A DNA stretch of 64,000 nucleotides from assembly GCA_963845185.1 (NCBI GenBank), contig CAWJRG010000001.1, positions 96,001 to 160,000 of the forward strand. The letters run 5' to 3'. The notes under the pieces were generated by a model. That model was not told the origin of the DNA. It saw nothing but the letters and a program-made list of their open reading frames with translations, and did not search any database. The position numbers and the translations under genes were made by a program. This stretch comes from an uncultured bacterium. Its GTDB lineage: Bacteria > Oederibacteriota > PGYV01 > CAWJRG01. This document shows, in pieces, positions 29,961 to 42,700 of this stretch. How positions within the stretch are numbered: position 1 is the stretch's first letter; the number at the start of each line of letters is the position of its first letter.

Positions 29961-32900
29961 TCACTTTGTCAGATATATCTTGCCTTTATAAGTACCATTT
30001 GTTGTGGTCACAATGTAGAAATATATGCCTGCTGCAACCTGTTCCCCATTTTTATTCTTTCCGTCCCATTCTATCCTGCCTGTTACCCCGTTTATCTCGT
30101 ACATCTTAAAGCCTTCTATATTATATATAACCACATTGCTGTTTGGAGGTAGGAAATCAAATTTCAGGGTGTGGTTAAAAGCCGTTTCCCTGTTATATGG
30201 GTTTGGATAAACTGCTATTACATCCGGTGTCGGCGTCGGCGACAGGTAAGGCGTGATGGTTGCACTTACGCTTATTGTCGGCGTTATCGTGTATGTGGGG
30301 GTTATAGTATATGTGAGTGTTATCGTGTATGTCATTGTTATTGTATAAGTCTGCGATATTGTCGGGGATATTGTCATTGTCGGCGTTAAAGTCAGAGTTA
30401 ATGTTAAAGTTTGTGTCATTGTAATTGTCTGTGTTATGGTGTTTGTCCATGTAATAGTCGGCGTTATTGTGCATGTTGGCGTTATTGTCCATGTATATAT
30501 AGTTGCTGTATATGTCGGGGTTATTGTAAAAGTCTGTGTTATTGAAGGTGTATCTGTTATTGTAGGCGAATTGGTCAAAGTCTCGGTTATAGTGTAAGTC
30601 GGCGTTTCTGTGTATGTGTCCGTACATGTATCTGTTGCAGTTAATGTTAGGGTCAGCGTCAATGTCTCTGTTTCTGTTATTGTCGGCGTATCTGTGTATG
30701 TAGGCGACCATGTAGCTGTATCCGTGGCAGTAATCGAATATGTAGGCGTTATTGTAGCTGTCTGCGTTATAGTACCAGTCAATGTAATAGTAGGTGTTAC
30801 TGTATAAGTTTGTGTGATTGTCCACGTAAATATAGTAGATGTATATGTAGGTGTTATAGTATAAGTCTGTGTTATTGACGGCGTGTCTGTTATCGTCGGC
30901 GAATTCGTAAATGTAACGGTTATTGTAAAAGTATATGTTGATGTAAAAGTGCATGTCCATGTAGGCGTAGCCGTCGGCGTCCAAGTCTGAGTATTTGTTG
31001 GCGTCCATGTCTGCGAACTTGTTGGCGTCCAAGTCTGAGTATTTGTTGGCGTCCATGTCTGCGAGCTTGTCGGCGTCCAAGTCTGAGTATTTGTTGGCGT
31101 CCATGTCTGCGAGCTTGTTGGCGTCCATGTCGCCGTATTTGTCGGCGTCCGCGTTGACGAGCTTGTTGGCGTCCATGTAGGCGTATTTGTCGGCGTCCAT
31201 GTAGGCGAGCTTGTTGGTGTCCATGTAGGTGTATTTGTCGGCGTCCATGTAGGCGAACTTGTCGGTGTCCATGTCGGTGTATTTGTCGGCGTCCGTGTCG
31301 GTGTATTTGTCGGCGTCCATGTCGGTGTATTTGTCGGCGTAGCTGTCGGCGTCCATGTATATGTCGTGGTGGCTGTTGGTGTCCATGTAGGAGAGTTTGT
31401 TGGCGTGGCTGTCTGCGTCCATGTCCTTGTCGCTGTCCTGGTGGCAGTGTTTGTATAGGTTGCTGTAGGAGCGCTGCTAACCACTATATTATTGCTTGTA
31501 CCGGTTTCTGATGAATATGTCGTATCGGTTACACTTATTTTCTGGGTTCCGTTTGTATTCAGAGTTGCCGTAAAAGAATGCACTCCGTTATCTGTACCTA
31601 TAAATGTATAATTGGAAGGCAGGGTTGCACTGCCGTCAGTAGATGTAAAATGCACCGTACCTAAGTAATTTGCTACCGTGACACCGTAAGCGTCCCTTGC
31701 CCTGACTATCACGTTAAATGACTGGCCTCCGTAAACCGAGAATGGCGCAGACACATCAAATGATATTAAAGGCTGGGAAGTTATTGTCGCGGACACGCCT
31801 GCCCCGTCCGGGTTTGACATGTTGGCTGTTACCCAGTGCTTGGCTCCCTGCACAATTGAAAGTGTAAGGTTTACTATTGCTTGTCCGTTCGCGTCGGTGT
31901 TATTTGTTAAGGGCGCAACTGTGCCGTTGTTTGTGGAGAAAGTCATTGGTACATTTTGTATGCCTACCGTATTTCCTTTTTCATCCACAATTCTTGCTGT
32001 TATGGATATGTTTGTTCCTGCTGTGGCTGTGACCGCTATGCTTGGCGACACCCAAATATAATAACCTGTCGTAACCGTAATGACATCGTTTACTGAGGTA
32101 AGCGCACCTGTTGTATTTTCATCCATAACTGTCATTGTATATGAGCCTTCAACAAATGACTTTATATACACCTGCCCCGCACCGCTCGAATTAAGCATCA
32201 CTGCAGTGGAAGTTGCCCAGTTTACTCCGTCGGTAGAAAAGTCAAAAGTACCTATAGTATCGCCTGCAGGAATGTAAATAAGGTCAGTCGTATGCCCACC
32301 GGGTGCAGGTGCGTTAAAGCCGCCCGCGTCTTTGGCGTTAATATAAAGTATGCTTACTTTTGGCGCACCTGTCGTCGAGCTTGCCGCTATTGAGTCGGGG
32401 CTCGGCAATATGGAAAGGTGCGTAGCCGCGCCTGAGCCTGCTATTGTAAGTGTGGTTCCAAGCAATCCGGGCGAATTAATTACGCAATAATTTTCACCTG
32501 CTGTTGTGCTGGTCCTGAAATATATTGTTATCTGGCCCGATGCGTTTGTTGTGTTTGATAATGATGATACAAAAGATGTCCCGTTTTGTGCCAATGCTGT
32601 TGCTGTGACCCATTGCCCCTGTATTACGTTTCCATAGGCATCCGTCACCTGTGCTGTAATTGTCACCCACTGGCCTGCTGTAACCGCGTAATAGTTTGAT
32701 GTTGCCGAAAGTATCGCTGCAGAGTTTGGAATTATTGTCTCGTAGGCTGTACCTGTTACCAGTCCGGGTGAAGTAGCTGTTATCGTGAGATTGCTTCCGA
32801 CTATTGTGTCCCTGTAATATACGTTTGCGTTTCCATTATTCAATGTGACGTTTAAAGTGGTGTAGTAGTTTGAATTGTCTGTTGAAAACATCATATTACT

Positions 32901-35900
32901 TACAGGCGAACTTAAAAGCACATTTACTGTTGAATAAGCGTCGTTGCCGCCTGAATCTTTTGCCTGTACTGTGAATAATTTACCAACGCCTGCCTTGGCT
33001 GTGCTTGTGACAGGCAATATCGCCAGCGTTACGTCCTGTGCGTTGTTGACAAATACCGTGGCGTTTCCTGTAGTCAATCCAGAGGCTGTAGCCGAAACAT
33101 AAGCGCCTGTTATATTTGGCTGGGTGTCCTTTACAAGTATATTGTTCGGCGCTGCGCCTGAAAGATTAAGAGTGGCATGCCATGTCGTACCGTTATCGCT
33201 CGAAAAAGACATGTTTGTGTCGTTTGCCGTTACTGTAATCGGCTGAGATGAAGACGTTACGTTTCCGTAGGCGTCTTCTATCCTTACAAGCATGGACCCG
33301 TTTACGTTTGTCTGAGTGGTAAGCGTATTTGGTATTATATCTACTTTCGCAGCCGACCCTGCCACAAAATTCACTGTTATTATGCTTGTAAGGTGCGCTG
33401 AACGTACTGTCACTACAGCAGGGCCCGCAGCAGTAGAACTTATCAGGTTGTACGCGTATCCACCGGGCGCATTTGTAACTGCCAGTGTGTCAGCCGCTGT
33501 CGTAAGTATAGGCGTTATTGAATCCTGTGACCTGTTTGATGTGCAATTTACAAGTGCGTAAGGTATTCCTGCGGCACCCCCTGCAACTTGCCCGACAGAT
33601 AAAAGCTGCGCTGTAATTGTGACATATGCCCCTCCTACTTGAACAGTTCCTGTCGGTACCTGGCTGACAGCCAGGCTTTTTACTATCCATATATAATTAT
33701 TCAGGGGTGCCGGCGTGCTTATGCCTCCGTTGCCCTGGCTGGTTGCTCCATTGACTGATGTTGCACCGCTGTAAGGTATAGTATTAAAATCAGAAAAGAA
33801 GTTTTCCAGTATGTTTCCGCTTGAATTGGTGAAAACTATATTGTCATACACTGCATTAAAAGTACCGGCCTTGTTTGAGGGTGCGCCATTATACCCGATA
33901 TTGCCTGTGTCCTGCGACAACTCTGCCTGGTTGTAACTAGACCCCGACAGTGCGCCTATATTAAATTTCCTGTGGTACCATTGACCGTTTGCATAAGCTC
34001 CAAGGTCCATAGACGGATGGCACCTGATTCCATTCTGGTCTATTATATAACTCTGTGTCGCCTGCCCGTAATCACGCATCTGGTTGCCCGTCCAGGTGCC
34101 CTGGAACTCCGTGCCTGTGTAAAAATCAACGTTATAAGATGGCATAAAAACATTATACTGAAGGTAGTCGCCAGCCGCTATTGCCGTATTTGCAGGTGCT
34201 GAAATCAGGATATAAACAAATTCATAGGTATCCGCAGCTGTAAGATATGAAGTCAAAAGCAAAGGCTGGCTGTATGAAGTGCCGCCGGATAGCACGGTTA
34301 TGTTGTTGCTTATGCCTGTTATAGCTCCCGATGTCGCGGTTATAGTCTGTGTACCTGCGGTTACAAGCGTTGCAGCAAATATCCTGCTGCCTGAATCGCT
34401 TGTCTGGAATGTATACGCTGAAGGCAGCACAACACCGCTGCCTGTATCGCTTGAGGAGAAACTAACCGTCCCCGTAAAATTTGTAACCTGGTTGTTGTAT
34501 TGGTCCATGGCCGTCACAACAAAATTAAACGCCACTCCTGAGTTTACTGTGGACGGAGCTGTTACCGTGAATTTATACAGTGATCCCGCAATGACATTTA
34601 TAGCGTTGCTTGTGCCGAAAATTGACGAGTTTATTATATCAGTACCGGTTATAGTCTGTACCCCGGCTGTCACAAGAGTTACTGCAAGTACTTTCGTACC
34701 CAGATCCGACGCCAGGAAAGTATAGTCAGCAGGCAATGCTTTGCTGAGGCTCGGGTCAGTGGATGTGAAGGCTACCGTACCTGTGTACCCAGTGGCGACG
34801 TTATTGTAGTTATCTTTAGCCGTTATTGTTATCCAGAATTGCTGCCCAGCTGTCACCTGGGAAGGTGCGGATATTGTGAAATATACCGCGCTGCCTCCAA
34901 GCACAATCACGCTTGCCGTGCCGCTGACATTGGTCTGTACCGTGTCGTTTGCTGTGATTGTCTGTGTTCCCGATGTAACCAGTGTCACTTGAAATAAATG
35001 AGAGCCGCTATCAGTTGTTGGTATGTAGGTATAATTTCCAGGCAAGGTGGCTGCGAGGTCGCTTGAAACAAACTGCACCGTGCCGTTATAATTATTAACA
35101 ACCAGATTATCGAGTGTTTCAGCAGTCACAGTTATAAAAAAAATGGCTCCTGCCGTAACCGACACTGGCGCGGCTACAACGAAATGGTCTACTGCCTTTG
35201 TCGGCGTATATGTGGGCGTTGGAGAATTCGTGGGCGTAATTGTAAATGTATAAGTTAAAGTCACCGTCAAGGTCAGTGAAGAAGTCAACGTTACTGTAGG
35301 GGTATAAGTCGGCGTCATTGTCGGGCTGGCAGTAAATGTGTATGTTGGCGTATTTGTTGGCGTCCATGTCGGTGTCCATGTCGGCGTTTCTGTCGTTGTA
35401 TTCGTGAAGGTAGGCGTCCATGTTGGTGTACATGTATATGTCGGCGTTACAGTATTTGTTGGTGTCCATGTCGGCGTATATGTAGGCGTGTTAGTCGGCG
35501 TCCATGTCGGCGTTTCTGTAGGTGTCCATGTCGGCGTATATGTAGGCGTCCATGTCGGCGTATCCGTCGGCGATGTGGTTTCTGTCGGTGTAACCGTCGG
35601 CGTCCATGTTGGTGTAGAAGTAAACGTCGGTGTCCATGTCGGCGTGGCTGTTGGTGTACCTGTAGTCGTATTCGTCGGTGTCCATGTCGGCGTGGCTGTT
35701 GGTGTCCATGTTGGCGTATTCGTCGGTGTCCATGTAGGTGTTTCTGTCGGTGTCCATGTCGGCGTATATGTCGGTGTCCATGTCGGCGTATTTGTCGGCA
35801 ATATCGTGTATGTAGGGGTATTAGTCGGAGTCCATGTCGGCGTTGCTGTATATGTTGGTGTCCATGTCGGCGTATTTGTCGGTGTCCATGTAGGCGTATT

Positions 35901-38582
35901 TGTCGGCGATATCGTGTATGTAGGGGTATTAGTCGGAGTCCATGTCGGCGTTGCTGTATATGTTGGTGTCCATGTCGGCGTTGCTGTTGGCGTATTCGTC
36001 GGCGTATTAGTCGGTGTCCATGTATTCGTATCCGTTAAAGTCCAAGTTGGGCTGTTTGTCGGTGTAGCAGTGAAAGTCGGGGTATTTGTACCTGTCCATG
36101 TAGGCGTAGCCGTAGGAGTCCATGTAGGCGTATCAGTTTGAGTTGGAGAATTGGTAGGCGTAGGCGAATTCGTGTATGTCTTGGTTATTGACGGTGTAGC
36201 CGTGAACGTCGGCGTTATTGTATATGTAGGCGTTATTGTAGGCGTGTATCCGGGATTCCTGGTAAAATTAATTGTTACCTGGCTGATGTACGGCGAAACA
36301 AAATTATTAAAAGTTTTTAAAACCGCCTTCCATAAAAGCTGTGTTCCAGCGCCTAACGCAACTCCCACTCCCGGTGTTACCTGCTGCCATGTAGTCCCGT
36401 TGTTCGCAGAAAGATAATAACTTATTACCTGGTTGTTTAATGTCTGGTTGGCTGTCAATGTGGCGTATGCATATCCTGCGGACCACGTGTCTATTGCCAA
36501 AGACTGCGCCACGCCCGTGGATAAAAAATACAAGCCGTATATGTTCAGTTTAGCGTTATCCCCTCCCACCAAAAACGACCCGTTACCAAAGTCCACTGTA
36601 TTTATTGTTGACTGGTTGAAATTCACAAGGCTGCTGCTGTCGTTTGTGTAAGTACCGCCCGGTCCTCCTGGATTATTTATTATCTGCGCCCCTGTTCCTC
36701 CTATAAACCAGTTTGAGCTCGACGGGTTTACATCAACGCCGTATATGTTGTTGCCAGAACCAAAACTCAGGGCGCTTGTATCCGAATAATAACTGAGTTG
36801 CGACGAATCATAATGCCCCATCTGCCCGCTGTTGCATCCAAACCGAGTTATATTGATTCCATCGCATTTTATGCTGTTTATACCATAACTTCCGCCCAGC
36901 GCGCCGGAAAGTAATCCGCTTGCGTCACTGAAACTGCTGCCGCCGTCATAAGTATTTAATTCCCCGCCGCTGCCTCCTATGAACCACCAGCCATCGCCGC
37001 TGACGCCGTCCCAGTCAGCTGCTTTTACAGCGTCGCCGCTGTTCCAGTTCGTCAGCCCTGACGACTCGTCTGTAATTGTAGTACCGTTGTATATTGCCAG
37101 GTGTTGACTGTCACCGCCTATAAGCCACTGTCCTCCGTTTGCGCTTGTCCATTTTACAGCGTTTATGTTTATGTTTGATGAACTCCAGCCTAATGCTGAA
37201 TTCAACGAAGTGAATGTTGTGCCGTCATACTTTGAAATATATCCTCCCGCACCGCCTATCAGCCAGTATGAGCCGTTCCATCCCACTGCCAGTACGTTGT
37301 TTGCTCCAAACCCGAGGCTTGACCTCAAATCGTAAAACATATAAGTGCTCGCGTCAATTGTGTTCAGGTCTCCGTCCGCCCCGCCTATTATCCAGTATGC
37401 CCCGTTATACCCGGCGCATTTTATCGAATCCGCACCAAAATCCGTTATATTGTGTGATAAATCCGTATTTGTCGGTGAGTTATAAGTCCCGGTCCTTTCC
37501 AGTATTTTGCCGTTTTGGCCACCGATTAAATTTGTCGCGCTTGACTGCTTGTCCGTTCCTATTGCCCATATCGGACCTGTTGAAAAATATGACGGCATTG
37601 TCTGCAAATTGTAACTTGCGTCACCTGCTGTCTGCGGGCAGTATAGCGCTGTATTAGAGCCGTTATTCCCTCCTATCATCCAGTAGCTGCCGTTCCATTT
37701 TATCGCCCATATTGAAGAGAATGTTACTTTGCTGCTCTCGTCCGTAAAGCTCGTCCCCCCGTTATAAGTCGCAAGCTTGCCGCTGCCTCCACCAAGCATC
37801 CATATCCCCGCAGTGCTGTTATAGTCAATCGCATATATGTCATAGGATGTGCCACCCCATGCGGTATTAAGATATGTTGTTAAATCTGTAAACGTGCTGC
37901 CGTTATAACTTACTATCCTCCCGCCTGTTAATCCTATCAGCCAGTTCCCACCGCTTCCGTATGAGACCGCCCTTATGTCGTAAGTTGAAATCCCTGAAGG
38001 TAGTGATGCTTTAAGGCTGGTCCAATTTGTGCCGTCATATTTGTTTATCGACCCGCTGCTTCCGGCTATCAGCCAGTAAGCTCCGTCGGGATTATAGCCT
38101 ATAGTGTATATATTGCCGCTGAATGTTTGAAGGTTCCCCTTGTAATCTGTCCATGTGGTGCCATCCCACTTGTTTAATGTTATATTGTCTCCACCTATCA
38201 GCCAGTAACTGCCGTTATACTTGATAGAGCGGATGTTGCTGTTCCCAAAATTCACCAGGTTCGACGAAAAGTCTATGAAATGCGCGCCATCCCATTCATT
38301 AATTTTTGCCTGCAATCCGCCTATTAGCCACTGGGTAGATGACGCATACTCTATGGCTGTTATCCCGCCTCCCCAGTCTATAACTCCTGTTGTTCCTAAA
38401 AATCCATTTGCTTTTGCGAGTATGGCATAATGGTCAATAATATCCCAGTTTGCTGTCGTACTTGCAGTATTTTCATAAGTAGTGGCATTAAAATTTTCGG
38501 TAAATGTAATAGCCCGCAGCGACATTATAGCGCACAATAATATAGAAAGTGTAAAAACTGTAGTAAATACTTTTCTTCTCAT
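29961..38582 (-). CDS. Giant secreted surface protein A (about 2870 aa): 14-repeat predicted beta-propeller head, TPT linkers, Ig/invasin-like stack, T9SS/FlgD-like CTD
   Basis: ATG 38582 after GAGG; signal peptide; WLIGG..YDGT repeats; Ig repeats [53 protein letters not shown]. Confidence 0.88.
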   Translation of the reverse strand: MRRKVFTTVFTLSILLCAIMSLRAITFTENFNATTYENTASTTANWDIIDHYAILAKANGFLGTTGVIDWGGGITAIEYASSTQWLIGGLQAKINEWDGAHFIDFSSNLVNFGNSNIRSIKYNGSYWLIGGDNITLNKWDGTTWTDYKGNLQTFSGNIYTIGYNPDGAYWLIAGSSGSINKYDGTNWTSLKASLPSGISTYDIRAVSYGSGGNWLIGLTGGRIVSYNGSTFTDLTTYLNTAWGGTSYDIYAIDYNSTAGIWMLGGGSGKLATYNGGTSFTDESSKVTFSSIWAIKWNGSYWMIGGNNGSNTALYCPQTAGDASYNLQTMPSYFSTGPIWAIGTDKQSSATNLIGGQNGKILERTGTYNSPTNTDLSHNITDFGADSIKCAGYNGAYWIIGGADGDLNTIDASTYMFYDLRSSLGFGANNVLAVGWNGSYWLIGGAGGYISKYDGTTFTSLNSALGWSSSNININAVKWTSANGGQWLIGGDSQHLAIYNGTTITDESSGLTNWNSGDAVKAADWDGVSGDGWWFIGGSGGELNTYDGGSSFSDASGLLSGALGGSYGINSIKCDGINITRFGCNSGQMGHYDSSQLSYYSDTSALSFGSGNNIYGVDVNPSSSNWFIGGTGAQIINNPGGPGGTYTNDSSSLVNFNQSTINTVDFGNGSFLVGGDNAKLNIYGLYFLSTGVAQSLAIDTWSAGYAYATLTANQTLNNQVISYYLSANNGTTWQQVTPGVGVALGAGTQLLWKAVLKTFNNFVSPYISQVTINFTRNPGYTPTITPTYTITPTFTATPSITKTYTNSPTPTNSPTQTDTPTWTPTATPTWTGTNTPTFTATPTNSPTWTLTDTNTWTPTNTPTNTPTATPTWTPTYTATPTWTPTNTPTYTISPTNTPTWTPTNTPTWTPTYTATPTWTPTNTPTYTILPTNTPTWTPTYTPTWTPTETPTWTPTNTPTWTPTATPTWTPTNTTTGTPTATPTWTPTFTSTPTWTPTVTPTETTSPTDTPTWTPTYTPTWTPTETPTWTPTNTPTYTPTWTPTNTVTPTYTCTPTWTPTFTNTTTETPTWTPTWTPTNTPTYTFTASPTMTPTYTPTVTLTSSLTLTVTLTYTFTITPTNSPTPTYTPTKAVDHFVVAAPVSVTAGAIFFITVTAETLDNLVVNNYNGTVQFVSSDLAATLPGNYTYIPTTDSGSHLFQVTLVTSGTQTITANDTVQTNVSGTASVIVLGGSAVYFTISAPSQVTAGQQFWITITAKDNYNNVATGYTGTVAFTSTDPSLSKALPADYTFLASDLGTKVLAVTLVTAGVQTITGTDIINSSIFGTSNAINVIAGSLYKFTVTAPSTVNSGVAFNFVVTAMDQYNNQVTNFTGTVSFSSSDTGSGVVLPSAYTFQTSDSGSRIFAATLVTAGTQTITATSGAITGISNNITVLSGGTSYSQPLLLTSYLTAADTYEFVYILISAPANTAIAAGDYLQYNVFMPSYNVDFYTGTEFQGTWTGNQMRDYGQATQSYIIDQNGIRCHPSMDLGAYANGQWYHRKFNIGALSGSSYNQAELSQDTGNIGYNGAPSNKAGTFNAVYDNIVFTNSSGNILENFFSDFNTIPYSGATSVNGATSQGNGGISTPAPLNNYIWIVKSLAVSQVPTGTVQVGGAYVTITAQLLSVGQVAGGAAGIPYALVNCTSNRSQDSITPILTTAADTLAVTNAPGGYAYNLISSTAAGPAVVTVRSAHLTSIITVNFVAGSAAKVDIIPNTLTTQTNVNGSMLVRIEDAYGNVTSSSQPITVTANDTNMSFSSDNGTTWHATLNLSGAAPNNILVKDTQPNITGAYVSATASGLTTGNATVFVNNAQDVTLAILPVTSTAKAGVGKLFTVQAKDSGGNDAYSTVNVLLSSPVSNMMFSTDNSNYYTTLNVTLNNGNANVYYRDTIVGSNLTITATSPGLVTGTAYETIIPNSAAILSATSNYYAVTAGQWVTITAQVTDAYGNVIQGQWVTATALAQNGTSFVSSLSNTTNASGQITIYFRTSTTAGENYCVINSPGLLGTTLTIAGSGAATHLSILPSPDSIAASSTTGAPKVSILYINAKDAGGFNAPAPGGHTTDLIYIPAGDTIGTFDFSTDGVNWATSTAVMLNSSGAGQVYIKSFVEGSYTMTVMDENTTGALTSVNDVITVTTGYYIWVSPSIAVTATAGTNISITARIVDEKGNTVGIQNVPMTFSTNNGTVAPLTNNTDANGQAIVNLTLSIVQGAKHWVTANMSNPDGAGVSATITSQPLISFDVSAPFSVYGGQSFNVIVRARDAYGVTVANYLGTVHFTSTDGSATLPSNYTFIGTDNGVHSFTATLNTNGTQKISVTDTTYSSETGTSNNIVVSSAPTATYTNTATRTATRTWTQTATPTNSPTWTPTATTTYTWTPTATPTNTPTWTPTNTPTRTPTNTPTWTPTSSPTWTPTNTPTWTPTSSPTWTPTNTPTWTPTSSSTRTPTNTATWTPTSSQTWTPTNTQTWTPTSSQTWTPTNTQTWTPTSSQTWTPTNTQTWTPTATPTWTCTFTSTYTFTITVTFTNSPTITDTPSITQTYTITPTYTSTIFTWTITQTYTVTPTITLTGTITQTATITPTYSITATDTATWSPTYTDTPTITETETLTLTLTLTATDTCTDTYTETPTYTITETLTNSPTITDTPSITQTFTITPTYTATIYTWTITPTCTITPTITWTNTITQTITMTQTLTLTLTLTPTMTISPTISQTYTITMTYTITLTYTITPTYTITPTISVSATITPYLSPTPTPDVIAVYPNPYNRETAFNHTLKFDFLPPNSNVVIYNIEGFKMYEINGVTGRIEWDGKNKNGEQVAAGIYFYIVTTTNGTYKGKIYLTK

Positions 38583-38616
38583 TCTTATTACCTCTTTATT
38601 TGCTATATTACTTACA

Positions 38617-38645
38617 ATTTTACCACAAAATTCCAACAATTTCAA
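38617..38645 (-). promoter_or_regulatory. Promoter of module A
   Basis: TTGAAA-17 bp-TAAAAT. Confidence 0.5.
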
Positions 38646-38748
38646 TTTAAAATTAAAGGTTTAAGATGAATAAATAATAGATAGGGTATAAATTTTAGGA
38701 TGATTTAGCAATAAAGCATTCATGATAAAAGAAAAAGATTTCCTTTTG

Positions 38749-39756
38749 TTAAAATTGCACGCTCAGGCCAATTTTATTGTTATTCCCCAGTACCCCGTAT
38801 GGTATAAATACATAGTCAAGCCCGTAGGAAATTTCCCCGGCCTTCATTGAAAATCCGGCTCCCAGTGAAAGCCCGCTAGCTGTCCTGTCCACAAAGTTAA
38901 GGTCTTCCCCTGCCCTTAACGCAAAATTATAATTACCCGAAACTGCCTGCAGATATTCAGCACCTACCTTTACGTCTGCTCCATAGCTGAGCCCGTACCC
39001 TGTGTCCAGGCTCACGCGTACACGGTTGTTCTCCACAACCATGTTTTTCCACTGCGAATACGCTCCTATGTTAAATGTCATCGGCGTTATGCCGTTTTCA
39101 AAGCTTGTCCCAAGGTTCATGCACGCTATACCAAACCCTACCTTGTTCCATATCATTTCTCCCCTGTTCTCCATAAAATCCGCTTCCTGCAGTATTATTG
39201 TATATATCGCTCCTATGTCTGCTGTTATCCCTGTATTGCTGTATGCGTTTCCAAGGCTCTCTCCGCTCACCTTGAGCTCCATGCCAAGGTCTATGTTTTT
39301 TAATGCATCGCTTTTCGTGAATTTATCCAGGCTGCTCCCGTATGCAACTCCTAATAGATAATCATAACTCTCCACCGTTGCCCCCTGCCCTCCGTATGTG
39401 CCGTTTACGTTCTCGTTTGTCTGCGTGATTTTCCCGCCTGATAGGTACTTAAACGCTGCCCCTATTGTGCCGGCTCCTTCCAGCGCCTGCTCGTAATAGC
39501 CTGAATCAAAAAATACGTCTTCAAAATATATATCGTGGATAAATGATGCCTCGTGCGCGCCCATAAGTCCAAGCCCTGCAGGGTTTATATCAAGCGCGTC
39601 TGTATCGTCGCACACTGCTGTGTATGCCCCTCCCATGGACTGGCTTATTATTCCTGCTGGTACTTTCAGGATATTTATTGCTCCTGTACCTGGCCCTGCT
39701 TTTATCAGGCTTATTGCCGTCATCACCGCTATTGCTGTTATTGCCATCCTTTTCAT
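38749..39756 (-). CDS. PorV/PorQ-like outer-membrane beta-barrel, copy 2
   Basis: 335 aa, about 9 residue differences from copy 1 by eye. Confidence 0.85.
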   Translation of the reverse strand: MKRMAITAIAVMTAISLIKAGPGTGAINILKVPAGIISQSMGGAYTAVCDDTDALDINPAGLGLMGAHEASFIHDIYFEDVFFDSGYYEQALEGAGTIGAAFKYLSGGKITQTNENVNGTYGGQGATVESYDYLLGVAYGSSLDKFTKSDALKNIDLGMELKVSGESLGNAYSNTGITADIGAIYTIILQEADFMENRGEMIWNKVGFGIACMNLGTSFENGITPMTFNIGAYSQWKNMVVENNRVRVSLDTGYGLSYGADVKVGAEYLQAVSGNYNFALRAGEDLNFVDRTASGLSLGAGFSMKAGEISYGLDYVFIPYGVLGNNNKIGLSVQF

Positions 39757-39784
39757 TTTTCCACTCCTGCTAATATTAATATCG

Positions 39785-42700
39785 TCACTTTACCAGGTAT
39801 ATCTTGCCCTTATAAGTGCCGTTTGTCGTGGTCACAATGTAGAAATATATACCTGCCGCTACCTGCTCCCCGTTTTTATTCTTCCCGTCCCATTCTATCC
39901 TGCCTGTTGCACCGTTTATCTCGTATATTTTAAAACCTTCTATATTATATATAACCACATTGCTGTTTGGAGGCAAAAAATCAAATTTCAGGGTGTGGTT
40001 AAACGCCGTTTCCCTGTTATATGGGTTTGGATAAACTGCTATCACATCCGGCGTCGGTGTCGGTGTCAAATACGGAATTACTGTAGGCGTTATGCTTATT
40101 GTCGGTGATATAGTGTATGTGGGGGTTATCGTATATGTAAGTGTTATCGTGTATGTCATTGTTATTGTATATGTCTGCGATATCGTAGGTGTTATGGTGT
40201 AAGTAAAGGTTACCGTCTCCGTGCTCGTAGAAGTCTTGGTTATTGTGCTTGTCCATGTAATGGTCGGCGTTATGGTGCATGTTGGTGTTATTGTCCATGT
40301 GTATATGGTCGCCGTGTATGTAGGCGTTATTGTAAATGTCTGAGTTATTGTTGGCGTATCTGTAATTGTAGGCGAATCCGTTGATGTCGGAGTTATTGTA
40401 TAAGTTGGCGACGCTGTAAATGTTGGGGTGCTTGTAGGTGTCCATGTAGGCGTGTCTGTTGGCGTGATTGTCGGCGTATTTGTATTTGTATTAGTCGGCG
40501 TATTCGTTGGTGTGGCTGTCGGTGTACCTGTACTTGTCGGCGTGACCGTGGAGGTTGCTGTGAATATTACAGCTGTTGTGTGTACGTCATTTGAATAAGC
40601 CGCAAAATGCGTCGGCCCTGTCTGGTAAACAGCGTAGCTTGTGTTATCCCATCCTGCTGCTGTACCGAGCAAATATGTGACTGTAACGCTGCCTGATGCG
40701 TTGATATCAAGCGCTCCCAGGTTCCATACAACCATGCCGCTTGCAGTCGTTGTGTTCCCGCCTCCGGTTGAGGAAACATATGTCATATTCGCCGGTATTG
40801 TATCGTAGATCGTAACATTATAAGCGATCCCGGAAACGTTCTGGTAATTGATTGTGTATGTAATCGGCCAGCCTATCTGGTCCTGGGCCGGCCCTGATTT
40901 CGTAACATACATCTGCGGGACTGTTTCAGATGTGTTTGGCGATTCAAACAAAGAATTGAAAAAATACCTCATAGCCGGTCCCTCGGCATTTCCTGTGTAC
41001 GGAAGCGTGTAAGCTGACTGGTGCTCGCACATATATGAAACCTTGCCGCAGCTTGTTATGCCGTGGTAATAACCGGTCATGTACATATTAGGGTAAGTGC
41101 CGCCCGAAGAAGCCAGGTTTACCTGTATAACCGATGATGAACCTCCGTAAAAAACACTGCCCGGTGCCAGTTGGAATGCAGTCTCAGCTCCGGTGGCGTT
41201 TGTCCACTGGCCCGTGGCCTGGCCAAACGGCGAGTCCGGAAGAACATTGGCTGTCCTGGTGATGTTCTGGGCTGTTGATGTAAGGCCAAGTGTTGTCAGC
41301 CAGTGGCCGTGGCCTCCGTAAATCCAGTTTGCCTGCGATGTAGGCGTGGTTGATATAATATCATTTTCAAAAGCGTCCACAGAAATACACTGCGCAAAAA
41401 CATGCGAACCGGGATATTTCACATATGTTTCAATCTCAGCTATTGCCTCGGCGTCATTCGCGGTTGTTTGCGAATTGGGGCAGCCGTCATAGCCTGCGTC
41501 GCAGCTCGGTCCCACGGGATATGCGGCCCAGTGCTCGTTGATAAGCGTGCAGTATTTAGGCAGCCCGTCCGGAGTTAAAAACAACGCGCCGTCATGATGG
41601 TCTGTTGTAGTCGAACCCGCAATCTGCGCCGCTGTAAGGACATCCGGCGAAGTGACTGGCCATGTAGCATTTCCTGTGGAATCCGGAATGCCCGCGTTAC
41701 TTAAATAAGTTGCCGCTATCTGCCATGTACCGCGCGGGTCGTCGTTTGCGAAAAGCGCGATTCCCGGTGCTGCCCTTAATCTTCTGAATACCGGCGCCCC
41801 AAATGTCCCGGTACCTGTGTACTGGTGCACCTGCACAATATTGGTAGTCTGCCCGTTGTTCCATGCCGTAATAATGGCCATTGCCGCGACAGTATTGTCT
41901 TTAATGTCTATTATAAAAGGCCCGCCGTCGTAAACAGGGTTTGTATATACCGCGGCTGTACGTACATCAGTTGTCTGGCTGCAGGTAAAATCCGTGGCTT
42001 CATAAGCTTTATAGGATTTAATGGCCCAGTTAACAGGGATGCCGTGAAGCAATAACTGATAAACAAGACCATACGCTCTCCACATGCTGTTATTCTGGTT
42101 TGTCCGCCCGGCCGTGGTATCCATTGGTATAATCAAAGAACCTGTGCCAAAAGTTACAGTCGGGTTCTGGGTCGCTGTCGGGCTGGCGGTCCATGTCGGG
42201 GTAATCGTATATGTGACTGTAATGGTAGTGCTGAAAACAGGTGTTGAGGTCAATGTCGGAGTAATCGTCGGGGAATTGGTGTATGTATAAGTTTGGGTAA
42301 TACTCGGCGTTCCCGTAAATGTGGGTGATGGTGTCGGAGTATTTGTTAATGTTATTGTATCGGTCGGCGTCCATGTAGGAGTGACTGTTTGCGTCCATGT
42401 CGGCGTGGCTGTTTCTGTGTCTGTTGGCGTCGGTGTATTTGTGGATGTTGATGTGTAAGTAGGCGTCCATGTATACGTTGGCGTAGCCGTAGGTGTCCAT
42501 GTTGGTGTGGCTGTTTGAGTTGGGGAATTTGTGGGCGTAGGTGAATTCGTGCATGTCTTGGTTATTGACGGCGTAGGCGTTATCGTCGGTGTTATTGTGT
42601 ATGTTGGCGTTATTGTGGGTGTGTATGCTGGGTTTCTGGTAAAATCAATTGTTATCAGGCTGACGTCCGGAGAAAAAATGTTGTCACTGGTCTTTAAAAC

